64,000 nt of DNA. Origin: Xylographa opegraphella. Its lineage: Eukaryota. Below, in pieces: positions 13,502-24,261 of this stretch. The DNA is taken from assembly GCA_022813865.1 (NCBI GenBank), contig JALDZX010000003.1:620001-684000 (forward strand), given 5' to 3'. Each line of letters opens with the position of its first letter. The first letter of the stretch is position 1. The notes beneath the pieces are model-generated. The model saw only the letters and a list, made by a program, of their open reading frames with translations. It had not been told where the DNA came from and searched no databases. Made by a program: the position numbers and the translations under genes.

Positions 13502-14726
13502 TTCTTTCCTGGTCCTTGTAATTCGCTCTTCTTCAAATGTGCCGGCTGCTTTGGCACATTCTTGAGGTTTCCGTCAAGCTTTTCAAAGGTGGAAGCTGTG
13601 GCGGGAAGTCGACACTGGTGTTCCTCGTCCAATGTCAAGGGCTCATCCCAAAGGCAGTGCCGTAGCGCGCATCATCCGCCACGTTGGCTTAGTCTTAGGG
13701 GTGACACCCGGTCAAACCGTTGGATTGATTAGTTGGTATATAAACGCGACTTAGAGACCTCTTGGTGAAGCAGATACTGATCGGAAATATGTCGAACAAA
13801 TCTCAAAAACGATAGAATGGAGTACTTGGGCGGAGGAGATGCTCGCGTCTGGTCTAGAAGCCTCATCCAGCTAGCCGAGGGGGTGGAGAAGATCGGCCGG
13901 AAAGCTTGTTTGGGACTATCAAGGATGACATCTTGTGCGCCACAGGCTTGGCCTTACCGTGGATCATCCAATGGCAGTGTTGCGTTTAGAAGACACAAGT
14001 ATGCAGTACTCGTTCTGCTTGGTAACTGTACACTACCTCGTCGCCTAAGTCACGGCCAATGGACATATCAGCTCGGTCATGGCTGTATGCAAATCTATGA
14101 ACCAAAGTACCAGACAAAATCCCATTGGAGCAGTAATTCATATGCGCAGCAACCCAAGCCATTGATACAGCGTATACTCCCATTCGAAGCTCGGCGTGAA
14201 GCTTTTCTTGCAAAGGGCTATTATGTCGCTGCCGAAGCAAGTAGTGCATGGGGTTCTACGGTAGGGTCAAGCCCTCGGCACTCAGCTGGTGAAAGTAAGG
14301 CCCAAGTGGGCGAAGGATGCCATGGGTCAGCTCATGAATACTCTGGATTATGGTATCCACCTGTCCCGACCGGGGGCCGCTATGTCATGCTGATTGTTCG
14401 AACGATATTTGAGTACGCTGATACATAGCTTCAGTCTCGGTAGTACCTCGCCTGACTCGTGCAAATGAATCGCCATGTTGATTCGCACTCACTAGAATAT
14501 ATATGACATATATACACCCAGCATGTGATCTAACGATTCACCATTACAACTTTGATCCACAAAACACCCTGTATATGTCGATCCCTTCGATGAGCAACAA
14601 AGTTGAGGCATCACAGAAGTCAGGAACGTACAGAAAGCTCACTGCAGTCGAATTGGGTCCTCGAATAAACCCGTCACTTCCTACATCTACTATCCTTCAA
14701 TTATTTCTCAGCTCACTTCCAACACA

Positions 14727-15119
14727 TCACCTCACCACCTCATCTGTCCCTCGCCCCTTCAGTCTGTTAAACCACCCACCCATGCCCTTCTTCTTCTTCA
14801 CGTCCTCCTCTACACCAATTCCGTTTCCCATCGATATGTCTTCGTCTTCCCAGTGGTGTCTCGCACTCTCCCTTGTTTCCATCTTTGCCAGTCCCTCACC
14901 ATCTTCATTCATCGCCATTCCATCTTCCTCATCCACCCAGTGATGCTTATCCACTTTGATTTTCTCACTCTTCTCCATATCGGTCGCGCCCTCATCACCC
15001 CAACGATCGTCCTTTCTCTCCGCCATCTCCTTCTTCTTCATCACTCCGGTCACATCTCCCCAGTGGTGCTTGACCCCTTCCGGTTTCTGATCAGCAAGGG
15101 TAGGATAGTCGTTTGACAT
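14727..15119 (-). CDS. Small hydrophilic orphan protein (130 aa) with four [KR]HHWxDE-like repeats
   Basis: Good ATG context (AAAATGTC), intronless ORF, highly charged, internal repeats, C-terminus GGWFNRLKGRGTDEVVR. Confidence 0.7.
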   Translation of the reverse strand: MSNDYPTLADQKPEGVKHHWGDVTGVMKKKEMAERKDDRWGDEGATDMEKSEKIKVDKHHWVDEEDGMAMNEDGEGLAKMETRESARHHWEDEDISMGNGIGVEEDVKKKKGMGGWFNRLKGRGTDEVVR

Positions 15120-15513
15120 TTTCGCGAGGGCGGAGAGGAGTTGTTCGGTTCCTAGCAGTGTGAGGTTTTTTTGATCTCTATTAGAAGGTAACAGATGTAG
15201 TAAGATTTTGCATTCTCGATATAGATGGCAATGGTGCTTGTCGTGCAGAAAAGAGACTAATGAGGCCGACGGCAGGTTATCATAACTTGAACAGTCAGGG
15301 TGGATGTCTCTCCATGCCCACTTCCCCTCCCTCCATGGAATTGGGTGGCCGGGCAGCCGTCACACCACAATTTCGCAAGGAGAGTATTTCAATCGTGGTT
15401 CGATAAGCTCATTGGGTGATCGCGGCGCAGCTCTTGATGGGCAGTGTGGACGCTTTGCCCTCTGCACGACGTCCATAAAACTCCCGATTGACCACTTAGG
15501 GCTCGAAGTGGGA

Positions 15514-15521
15514 TGACGTCA
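15514..15521. promoter_or_regulatory. Perfect CRE/ATF palindrome TGACGTCA in a divergent promoter
   Basis: Exact 8-mer, roughly central between the ATGs at 15119 (-) and 16019 (+); function inferred. Confidence 0.45.
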
Positions 15522-16018
15522 CGGATTAGTCGGCTTGTCGGTCAAGCTTTCGGCTACAAATAGGGTAAGGTTAAGTACCTTCGTAGCACGCGAGGAAGGG
15601 GCAGTGCTTTTTGATGGCCAGAGAAGAAGAATAGGATAATCTACCTTCGTGCGGGGAGAAACACGAGTGTTACCAACAAATTCCTCCACAGCCAGCCACA
15701 TCGAACACGCTCCCTCATCCCGTGACCAGCTATCCTACCTTAGCGAGCTTACTGTTACCTCTCAAATCAGCTCGCCTCCAAACCCAAATACCCCCACAGC
15801 CTTCCCTCCTTCCTGCCCAGCCCTGTCAATCCTCCATCATTCCCATCCTCAGCCGCATGGTATTTGCATTATAACCACCCGCCCTGCCCTCGCCCATCCC
15901 ATCCCTTTCCCGCAGATCTCCCACCTCCTCATCACCCAACATACCTCCCACCACCCAAACCCCCTTCCAGAACCCCCCATCCCAAGAAAAAAAAACAATC
16001 ACCAGAACCACACCCACC

Positions 16019-16453
16019 ATGAGCATGGACATCGGCAGCTCCGACGCCTACGCCTACCTGCCCCATCGCGCGACCAAGTTCCCCGAAGACAACCGCGCGC
16101 GCACCGCGCTGCTGGCCCAGCAAGGCTACGCGCGCATCGCGGCCGAGAACGCCGCGAAAGCGGAAGCCAAGGCCGAGCGCGAGCGTGCGAGAGCCGCGAA
16201 GCGAGCTCAGGCGAAGGGGACTCCGCTGAAGGGAACTCTGGCGTCGGTGGGGAACGCTGCTGGGGAGGGGAAGAGCGGGCGTGAGCGGTTGGTAAAGGAG
16301 GAGGAGGAGGAGGAGGAGGAGGAGGAGGAGGAGGAGTATGATGATGGTGGAGCGTCGGCGAGGAAGGAGGGGGGGGAGAAGGGAGGGAGGAAGAGGGGGT
16401 TGTGGGGGGGGTTGTGGAAGAGGGGGGCAGGGGAGGGGGAGGTGGTTAGGTAA
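16019..16453 (+). CDS. Small hydrophilic orphan protein (144 aa) with Ala/Arg/Glu helix, poly-Glu and C-terminal EVVR
   Basis: CACCATG context, GC3-rich codons, AAENAAKAEAKAERERARAAKRA helix, C-terminus GLWGGLWKRGAGEGEVVR. Confidence 0.7.
   Translation: MSMDIGSSDAYAYLPHRATKFPEDNRARTALLAQQGYARIAAENAAKAEAKAERERARAAKRAQAKGTPLKGTLASVGNAAGEGKSGRERLVKEEEEEEEEEEEEEYDDGGASARKEGGEKGGRKRGLWGGLWKRGAGEGEVVR
16298..16336 (+). repeat. (GAG)13 microsatellite encoding poly-Glu
   Basis: Direct reading of the sequence. Confidence 0.95.
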
Positions 16454-16723
16454 GGGGGGGAGACGAGGAGGGGAAGTGGGATTGGGTGTGGGGTTTGGCG
16501 GACTGGGCTGGGACGGGGGGAGGGACGGAGCTACCGGGAGAGGGTGGGTGTAGGAAGGGGCGGATTTGCTTTGGGAAGGCGGGCGCGCGTGGTGACGGTG
16601 TGCTATATTCGAGATACCCGGTGAGGGTGGTAAATTGTGTCAGCACTAGACAAAGTGTGTTTGGCACGATGTGCAACAGTCCCCTGTGGATTGTTTAGCA
16701 ACATAACCTGATGGATTACTATA

Positions 16724-19121
16724 TCAAACTGCATTGTCGTTACTTGATCCGAAGCGTTGCTCCCGTCTCGTTCGAGCTGATCCTCCATCCACAGCCGCAG
16801 ACTTCATCTCGGCCCCAACCTTGAACATCGGCCCTCCACCGCCCGAACCCAGCATCTCCACCTTCTCCACCTCCCTCAGCAAATCATAACAGAGATCCTC
16901 CCCTACGACGCTATCACCCTTGTATTCCTTGTGGCTCCGCACAAACTCCCGAATCCATTTCGCGCCCGTCCACAACTGCCCACTCGCTCGCTTTCGTATC
17001 AGGTCCAGATAGCGCGCCAAGTCGCATCTGGTCTCCACATCGACATTTACGCTGTTGAGGTAAGATTCCACTAGGGGTATCAGGCCTGGGAAGCCGGGCA
17101 AGGCATCACCGTCGCTGTTCATACGGCCATTGATGATCTCGTCGATGCTCATAAGAGCGTACTCATCTTCGATTGGACCAGTGGGTGTAGGCGGGCGTGA
17201 CGGAAGCATCATAGGCGTTGTAGTGCCGGAGGCGGAACCATTGGTTTTCACTGGCCGAGGAGGAAAAGGGTCTTTGCGGAAATAAAACTGATCTTTCAGC
17301 ACAGCATCACGATTGTGTGCCGTCTCCATATTCTCGGTTGTTCGTGGAATAGGAATGTAGAAATTAAGCTCGAAGCTAAGGATTGCGCGGGTTACGAGCA
17401 CGATGAAGATAGAGAAGGCGGCGTTCTCAAAGTCAGTCATCTGAATCTCCATGGGACGAAACTCGACGCGCCAACCTATGTCAGCGTCGGCAGGAGGTGG
17501 CTTGAAGCGGATATGCTGCCAGTTTGTGGACTGAATGTTTTCGAAATGGTTCGTCTGATCAAGATCAAGATGATTAAGGTCTTCGCTGAAGACGACAATG
17601 GGGTCACGTATGAAGAGATGTGCAAAGTGAGTCGCAAGTAGTAGGTCCATGCCACCGGCCACGAGGTGTTCTTGTATTGCTGGATCAACCACAAGGTCGG
17701 GGTCGTGGTATTCGGGTCGCAGCCGGGGGTCAAGAGAGATGTAAGTAGAATTAGAAGCGTAACGAGACTTTGGAATTCGCCAGCGATCATGCTTGAGGGG
17801 CTAATATTGATCAGCAGGGGTTTCACTCATGTTGGCGGACGACTCACCCTTTCTCCAAGCTCCTCAGCTGTTCGGTCATCAACTGCCCTGCTAATCTGAT
17901 TCCATCTGACATCTGTATCTACAAGGAAGCCCTTGTAGATGGGTGTGGCCGCTGTAAGTGCAAGCATTATCGGACCCAGAGGGCTTAACTGATCGTATAA
18001 TTGTCGGCCCTCAGTAATGTTCTTTGCTTGAAATGTAATCTGCAGACAGCAACTTCCCATGCCGAATGCCATAGCGTCCAAATATACATGGTTGTCCTTG
18101 GTGGCGCCATTGCGGACATCGTCATCTTCCGGCCAATTGTGCAAATCATAGTCGACTGTAGGATCCTTAAACGGTTCAGGAGTATTAATGTCTTTGAAGA
18201 TAGGGACATTGATCTCAACCTTGCGTCCTCTTCTTGCACGAATATTGGCAGCTAATGTTGGAAAACGAATATGTGGATTGGCAATTTCGTCGGGCAAGAA
18301 TTGAGATCGCAACTTATCTCCTGAGGGAGGGAAGTAAGGACACGTAAAATCATCTTTGGTTCCAAGGCGGGGGAATGTCGTTAGAGTGATTGGCCCTTCA
18401 TCAGCTTCCATGTGATCTTTGGCGATCCGACGTCTTGAAATCGTTCAGCTGAAATCACGCAAAATCGAAGGTGAGATTAACCGACCGCCAATTCATGTTC
18501 GGTTCGACGTCGAGTAAGTCCTTAAACCCAATCCCCCACGGCTTTCCCGGTGTCGATTCAAGCATGAACCGGCCAAACTCAGGATGGAAAACCGGCAGCT
18601 TGTCCGTATTCCTTCAGAGTGTGAGCCCGATCTCTGAATCTCCTCCAAGGACTACTCCTACCTGGAAACTTTTTGCAGATCAGGCACACATCCTCCTTTC
18701 TTCGAAAGCTCTTCGTCCGCTGCGAGAGCTGCAAGTATGTCCGCTTGACGTAAAGAAAGCCGCACTTTACGGTCTTTGTCGTCGAATTTGACAACCAGGT
18801 ACTCAATCTAATTTCCCAATTCAGCGAATCATGAGGACGCCTTGCCAGTGGTCGTCTTGTACCTCGTCTCCCCACAGTAGCATATCGCGCTCTTTGCCCT
18901 TCGCCCGGTTCCATATCGCCAGTAATTGCTATAAAGGTTGTGAGGTTGTGATGTGGGATTGGTTGGGCTTAGTGGATTGTTACCTCGATGCCCCATTCTC
19001 GAACCTGGTCGGCTTTTTTCTTGGCTTCCGGCCATGTCAACGGGGTTCCTATGGCGCTGCAACGGCAATGTAAGAACACATATCGTACATCCGGCACAGG
19101 GTTGACTCACAGGAGACCCAT
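16724..19121 (-). CDS. GSH1: Glutamate-cysteine ligase catalytic subunit (gamma-glutamylcysteine synthetase), multi-exon
   Basis: MGLL|ALGTPLTW start, LWGDE, FHPEFGRFMLESTPG, YLDAMAFGMGSCCLQITFQ, HFENIQSTNWQ, GWRVEFRPME. Confidence 0.96.
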
Positions 19122-19946
19122 TTCTAAGTGCCGAAAGTGCCTTTTCCAGCTTCGCTTGGGACAAACAGTCTTGACGAGTGGCTGCAAATGCGCGACGGGG
19201 CGCTTTCGCAACTAAGTAGTCCTCATACCCTAAGGTATAGAGCGTTTGCCGGCAATAAATGGAGCTAAAGACAAAGTTGTGGATGTTTCGAACGGACGGT
19301 TGGTTGTTGAATTCTGAACTCTGACAAATCAACGTGAACGATTTTATACTCCCCGGACTGGCCCACGTCTACGTGACGTCTTTCTCGAATGGTGTCTGGC
19401 GGCGGGTACCCTTACGACTGCTCGAAACTGAAGATCGACATCTCCGAAACCACTGGAAGTTATTTTCCCAAGCCATAATGAAGGTCGTAGACATGATTAA
19501 TAATTGTCAGGATATTCATCATGACGAGCGTGTCTTGGCTTTCGACTAGGATTCCGTTTTCAATGAAATTTGGAATTCGGCTATTCTACCCCTGCACTTT
19601 ACGGCAAAGAAAGCCAATACTACGCAGTACTTCGTACAGTATCCTGCTACGTTCCATCAGCAGAGCAGACAGGTCTACCTTACCTTAGGTATACTAATTG
19701 GCTCTCACCACCGCACAAGGTAAATGACTCTCAAGCACTTCACCAGTTCGATTTGAGCTAGCACTATTCTAAATGCGAGGGCCACACCTTACACACCGTA
19801 CCATGGACCCCACCATAGGTAGGTACGACTGACACCCCTTCATTAAACTCTCAGTACCATAGGCAACAATTGCCAGCCCTTATTCTAAACCTCTATGCTC
19901 AGCCTAGCCCAAGACCGTCGCTCCCGATTTAAAACCCATCTCAAGA

Positions 19947-22691
19947 CTAAAAGCTAAATAACCCGCTTCTTTTTTTGCCGAAGGGGTAAACAATCAGGGC
20001 GGACAAAAACAAGCCAACAGTTATACCAATCGCCACTATTACTTGTAAGCATCAAATGAGTCCTGGGTGAATATTTACTATACCTTGGATCATGCTGTAT
20101 GCCACGTTGAAAACCGTCGAGTTGATGTTGATCGTCGGATTCCCTGCTTGGGTTCCATTACTGATTGTGGTCGTCCCATTCGTCCCATTAGTGATTTCGA
20201 TTGCACTGGTGAGGCCGCTTATCAGCGACCCACTTGCGGCCAAACCCGACGGAACCTGCACGAAAATAGCCGGTAAAAGCGCTGCCGCGGAGACGCCCTC
20301 CCAGACACGAGAATAGAGGTTGCCCATCAATCCAACGGTAAGCGCACCTAGAGTCTGAGAAACTTGCACGTTGGAAGGAAACTTTAGGGCGGAAAAGAAG
20401 TTAACGACATATCCAGCTAGAGAGATTATCACCATGACCGGCATTTGGTTGATTTGGCCCTGGTTGATGATAATGAGGCAAATGGTGAACAGTGGTACGA
20501 AAATGAACTTCCAGTAACCGGAAATGGGGTCCCGGCACACTGTTTCAGATGTAGCTTGCCGGTCCATGGCACCGTAGATTGCTGTTCCAATTGTGATGCC
20601 GAAGCCGAGGAATAAAGAGTAGATGATGGCATATACCATACGAACGGAGCCTGCCACGATATTGCGTGATTGTAGCTCGAGAGCTCCACAGAAGACAATA
20701 TAGCCTGGCAAGATCAGTGCAATGGAATGATTGAGCCAGTGCTGAGAAGCAAAACACATCTCCTCCTCTGATTGATCCCAAGAGTCGTGCGCAGAAGCTG
20801 GTAGCGACAGCCGCTGAAATCTCGAAGATGTCGGAATATAACATCGACTTTGGACTCACGACGACCTTCATGGATCCCAGTAGACAACCTAACACAAAGG
20901 CCATTGGCATGTCAATCAAACGCGAACCGAAAGCAAATGGGCCAACGAAGGCGCTCGCGAGATCATAGAACACAACCAGAGTCCATGATCCATATTCCAA
21001 CTGCTTCAGGAATAACTCCTTCAGTAGCACGGTTCCCTCGGTCGCTCCAATCTTGTCACGATTCACCTTTTTATATGTGGAATGCATTTCCATGAGTTTG
21101 CTCAGATCAACAGAGTGGTCGTTGCGGACGATTCGTACATCCGAAGTACGTGTTTCATGATCTTCGAAAGATACCAACATACACCCTGGGATGAAGAGGA
21201 ACTTTCCCTGAATGTTGAGAACGGTACAAGTCGACCGCATGTATTCTATTGATCGTCAATCAGCCGGGTCTTCAATATAGAGAGAAGGCGCTGAAGAACT
21301 GTCAAACTTGACATGCAAAAGAAGCATACTCAGATGCTGAAAACGGAAGGATGATTCAAAACAGTTAATAACGACCACTTACCCTCTAATCGGTGCGTTG
21401 GGGCTCCATAAGCAATGAGTGCGTGACACAGCGCGACGATATAATCATACCTCAGGCTCGTCTCTACAACATGCTCGCTAACATGAACGATGTTTTGCGA
21501 TTTGCTTCTTTGGTGTGTTTCCACATAATTTTTCAGCTTATCAAAACTTCTAGACCCTCGCTTCATCTGAGGTCTGGTATCGCCAGGATCAGGCGAGCTG
21601 CTTGACTGTCCTAGGGCTGCCGAGGCACTGATCAAATTACTCATTGACGAAGTTGATTGGTGGAGTGATCCCATACGATACCACCGGTTTGAGTTTCTTG
21701 ATGCGGTTGGCGTGGTCGGTGCACGTGGGGTATTTGATACGGCTGGTGTGTTTGACGCAATTGCAATTGGCGTGTTACTCCCAGATGTGTGGGGCGAGAT
21801 GTTCGGCGTTAGCCAAGATAAACTGTTTCGATTTGCCCTGCCGAAAAAGCCTTCGTCTTGATAAGATTTTATCCAGGAAGCTAACACGCCTCTGCGATAC
21901 TCCTTGGGCGGCGGTACGTACCATTCAGGATCCTCTTCATAAGCATATGGAGACCAGTTTCCAGTCCTCAAGTCCCAAACTTGGCCATTCACCCTGATCT
22001 GCTGACTTTCCCGGTCATTTTTCGAACGGCGCGGATGCATCGTTCGTCCAACCAAACTCTTGATGTAGGATCCGATCCCAACTGAGGTCGAAGCAGTCTG
22101 CTATCCTTCTTTATGTCCATCTCGCTCGTCTATATCATTCTGCCTCGCAGGAGCAGTCTCGAGACGATCAGTAAGATCAATAGGATCAAAGGGCATATCC
22201 GAGTCATGAGGGAGAGAGCTGGTGGACATTTCTGATGACGAAGTGTAGTTATATTGTTGAAAGCTATCATGTTCCGCTTCACGCTGTAGATTCTGTGTCT
22301 CTAAGTTAGCTTTCTTTTGAGACCTGGCCTTCCGTAGTTGAGCACGGGTATATCCACCCGGCTTTCCGTTCACTTTGGTAAGTTCTTCTAGTTCTATATC
22401 ATCTTCAGATTCCAGGACAAACGGAGACTCCGCTTGCCTTCTTACTGGTGGTTGTTCTCGAGATTTAGTGCGTTCCGGAGAGCTTCTGAGTATGGCCGGG
22501 ATCGGAGTGCTGGGAGACTCGGGTTCCAGGTGTGTGTTAGACGGCGACGTTGTAACGCCGAATAAAGCTCCTGGTTCTTGTAGGCTACCAGATAAACTGT
22601 GCTCTTGCCAAGCACCATTAGGCTGTCTGGATTTTGGTGGCTTCGTTGCTGCGTCAAAGCGCACCTGGGACTTCTCTCTACCTTGGCTCAT
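19947..22691 (-). pseudogene. PRM10-like / ThrE (DUF1212) threonine-serine exporter family gene with in-frame stop and frameshift
   Basis: LIAYGAPTHRLE, SIALILPGYIV, NIVAGSVRMVYAIIYSLFLGFG, AIGITVGLF..YPFGKKRSGLFSF*; TAG at 22101-22103 between two in-frame ORFs; +1 base near 20726 shifts SALAQS/SIALILPG. Confidence 0.8.
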
Positions 22692-24261
22692 GCCTTTGCC
22701 ACAAATGTTTCCACGTCTGAAGGTGGTAATACTATAACTGGCATTTGTAATATAGGGCCTTTTGTCCTTAGGGACGCCAAAAGACAATTCAAGACTATTG
22801 TTTTTAATTCGCATGTCCAAACTGAATTCTGCTCTAGCTTTACCCGGATTGGGCCAACAAAGACCGTTAACTTTGAATTGCAATGTTCAGATGCGGCCCT
22901 CAGCTGGCTCTTGTTCAAAGAAGGATGCATTAGGAAATTAATCGAAGGGAAACCCTCAAGGTAATCAAGATAAATCGAGAACAAGGAGAGCAGGGAAAAT
23001 AGCAGCATCAGGAAACGTCAAGCACCTAGTACAATAAACATACTCAATTTGGCAAAGATGGTTAGTTACAACCAACAATGTAAAACGTATAAACGTATAG
23101 TTAGTCAGTAAGAATGAAGAGAATTTATTGTGTCATTTTCAGCGAAAGGCTTTTCCGTATCTCCTTACGCGATTAAACCAGGACATGATTCATATCAATA
23201 TCAGAAGACCAACGAGAAAATGGCTAGTTCGAGATTTGAATAGTCGAGTCTGCACGTCCTTGTTCGTCACCTTTAGCTTCAGCATCAACCTTCGAAGACT
23301 GTGAAAAGCGTTTGCGGTGCCATCTTACAATTGCGAAGCAACCGAACAGCATGAAAGTGTGCCGGTCTTTCCTAGTGCGTTAAAGGCACGGTTTTACAAA
23401 ACCACCATTTAAGCTTTCGCCTTAACCAGCCCTCGTCGCCTCGCCATTGCTGTTTCTCCTGGACGTGAAGCATTGCCCCCGGAGATTCCAGCATTGCAGG
23501 ATGTTGGATGTACTACAAGCTTCAAGCTTTGGCGTCCAGGGTGTAGTATCTCGTAAGTGAAGCGGCCATGAAGGATTGCACATCGCGAGATGTGCGGTGA
23601 GAAGCCAAATCATTTCTCAGCCAACATCATTTCACACTACACTATTCTGAGTGGGACATTCATACACATATCTTCATTGCATTCTCTAATTGCCCGAAGC
23701 AAAGAAGCTATGGTATCAGCTATCTTCTGATCGAACCCCCAGTAATTCTACCCTTGCAGTGTGAACATCCCTCTGGATAGCAACACCATCATGAAGCACA
23801 GTGACACATTCCTTCCCGAGCAAGTTCCGAATCCCAAAGGTCACACACCGCTCTAGACAGCCGCTTCGTACTGCAAGCAACAGCTACTGGCTGTGAGAAG
23901 CGACAACAGAACATTGCCAGCACGTAAATCCTTCGATGCAACCAAGTGCTACCCAGGAAGAACCGACGGCGCACAGGCAAACAAGGATTGCCTAGACGTC
24001 GCAGGCGCAGAATTGAACATGTTGTAATTAAACATTTGTATGTAAGGACTGATATGTAAGTAAAGGAAATCGTGAATCCTCGATTTGAATCGTCGTAGGC
24101 TCCAGCCGAGTGGCGCAGAATTGGCACTCGATGAGACTCTGCCATACTCGCAATGAGGATTTGGCATCGTTGGACAGCTTATCACAGAGTCACGCAAAGG
24201 GATCTACCCCATGTACCGATTTGCGACATCTGAATCAGCGTCCACTCCGAGTATCTCGAGC

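Noticed and set aside
13817..14428. 203-aa ATG-initiated ORF divergent from the histidine kinase
   Set aside because: No recognisable motif and random-looking composition; cannot be supported as a gene without expression data
14727..15119. Repeat protein as a dikaritin/KEP RiPP precursor
   Set aside because: No signal peptide, no regular KR cleavage sites and no DUF3328/UstY or tyrosinase gene in the window
15649..16284. 211-aa Pro/His-rich ORF overlapping the 144-aa gene
   Set aside because: Non-ATG start; by-product of C-rich low-complexity sequence in an alternative frame
23200..24200. Weak protein-like minus-strand fragments (HLVASKDLRAGNVLL, SET-like; a TM-plus-basic tail near 23230-23420)
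   Set aside because: Too short and interrupted to assign; may be 3' UTR or intergenic noise
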